Assembly (NCBI GenBank): GCA_963748615.1
Contig: CAVVJQ010000003.1
Location: 97,082 to 161,081 of the forward strand
DNA length: 64,000 nt
Direction: 5' to 3'
Source of the DNA: an uncultured Thermoplasmata archaeon
GTDB taxonomy: Archaea; Thermoplasmatota; Thermoplasmata; UBA10834
Positions 63,350 through 64,000 of this stretch are shown piece after piece (position 1 is the first letter of the stretch; the number at the start of each line of letters is the position of its first letter). A program made the position numbers and the translations under genes. The notes below the pieces were generated by a model, which was not told the DNA's origin, did not search any database, and saw only the letters and a list, made by a program, of their open reading frames with translations.

Positions 63350-64000
63350 TTGAGATTCGCGCTCCCGAGGACAACTCGAGGATGGTTTCTCACCGCAGCA
63401 GTGCTCGTATTCGCGGCATCCATGCTAATGCTCTTGGCAAATGATGAGCAGGCGGAATTCATGGCCAACGTGGTCACCCCCGCGATTTCGGTCCTCGCTG
63501 CGATTCTATCGTTCATCCTCTACTGGACAAACCGGAAGACCCCGTTCCGACAAATCGGGGTATTCTTCGTAATCGCCTTTGCGTTCTTTGCGGCAGGATG
63601 GGTCGCATGGCCGATATATCATCAATTGATGTATGATGTGCCACCGGTGACTTTGGCTGACGCGTTCTGGTTGGCGGGGTATGTCATCCTTGCATCAATC
63701 CTCACAACGACCGTACTGAAGACCTGGACACGAATCCCTAATTCAGTCCTGGCAGCCGAGCTAGCTTTCTGGGTCCCAATGAGCGGCTTGCTCGAATTCA
63801 TGGTATACACCACTGCGAAATCAACGGACATCACGGTCATAGAGAAGGTGGTGTACAGCATGTATCCCATACTCGATTCGATCATGCTGACGTTGCTCAT
63901 TGTTCTGATATGGCTATACAAGCGAGGGCGGCTCGAGGATTATTGGTTGTCAATATTGGTATCTGTGTTGTTCTGGACGGTTGGGGACCTCCTGTACGCA
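63350..64000 (+). CDS. Polytopic membrane protein, probable sensor domain (3' end outside window)
   Basis: TTG after GGAGG and open to the window end; multiple TM helices with ADAFWLAGY and YPILD patterns seen in membrane sensor domains. Confidence 0.65.
   Translation, partial: MRFALPRTTRGWFLTAAVLVFAASMLMLLANDEQAEFMANVVTPAISVLAAILSFILYWTNRKTPFRQIGVFFVIAFAFFAAGWVAWPIYHQLMYDVPPVTLADAFWLAGYVILASILTTTVLKTWTRIPNSVLAAELAFWVPMSGLLEFMVYTTAKSTDITVIEKVVYSMYPILDSIMLTLLIVLIWLYKRGRLEDYWLSILVSVLFWTVGDLLYA

Overview
This is archaeal chromosomal DNA, most consistent with an uncultured Thermoplasmatota (inference from archaeal-type ValRS and GlyRS, the ThiD-ThiN fusion, a SAMP-like protein, TATA/BRE promoters, a tRNA without encoded CCA and the style of the surface proteins). 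It holds about 55 CDS, mostly housekeeping or metabolic, and one tRNA-Gly(GCC). Two unusual systems stand out. (1) Directly downstream of tRNA-Gly is an array of ~115-bp repeats, each made of an imperfect hairpin, a copy of the tRNA 3' end and a conserved downstream arm. The repeats are spaced ~0.95-1.45 kb apart, decay with distance from the tRNA, and separate small membrane/surface-protein genes, with no integrase in the window. This looks like a tRNA-anchored, integrase-less gene-cassette accretion system. (2) A Rab-like small GTPase lies next to a 1408-aa cadherin/Ig-repeat membrane protein whose cytoplasmic tail looks longin/roadblock-like, and a second longin-like domain is fused to a ~650-aa coiled coil elsewhere in the window. 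Together these suggest a receptor-GEF/GAP-small GTPase module outside Asgard archaea. Also present are a bacterial-like polX-ligA pair, a non-pyrrolysine MttB, an orphan m4C-type methyltransferase and an AT-rich RhlE-like helicase. All family calls come from motif recognition by eye; no searches were run.
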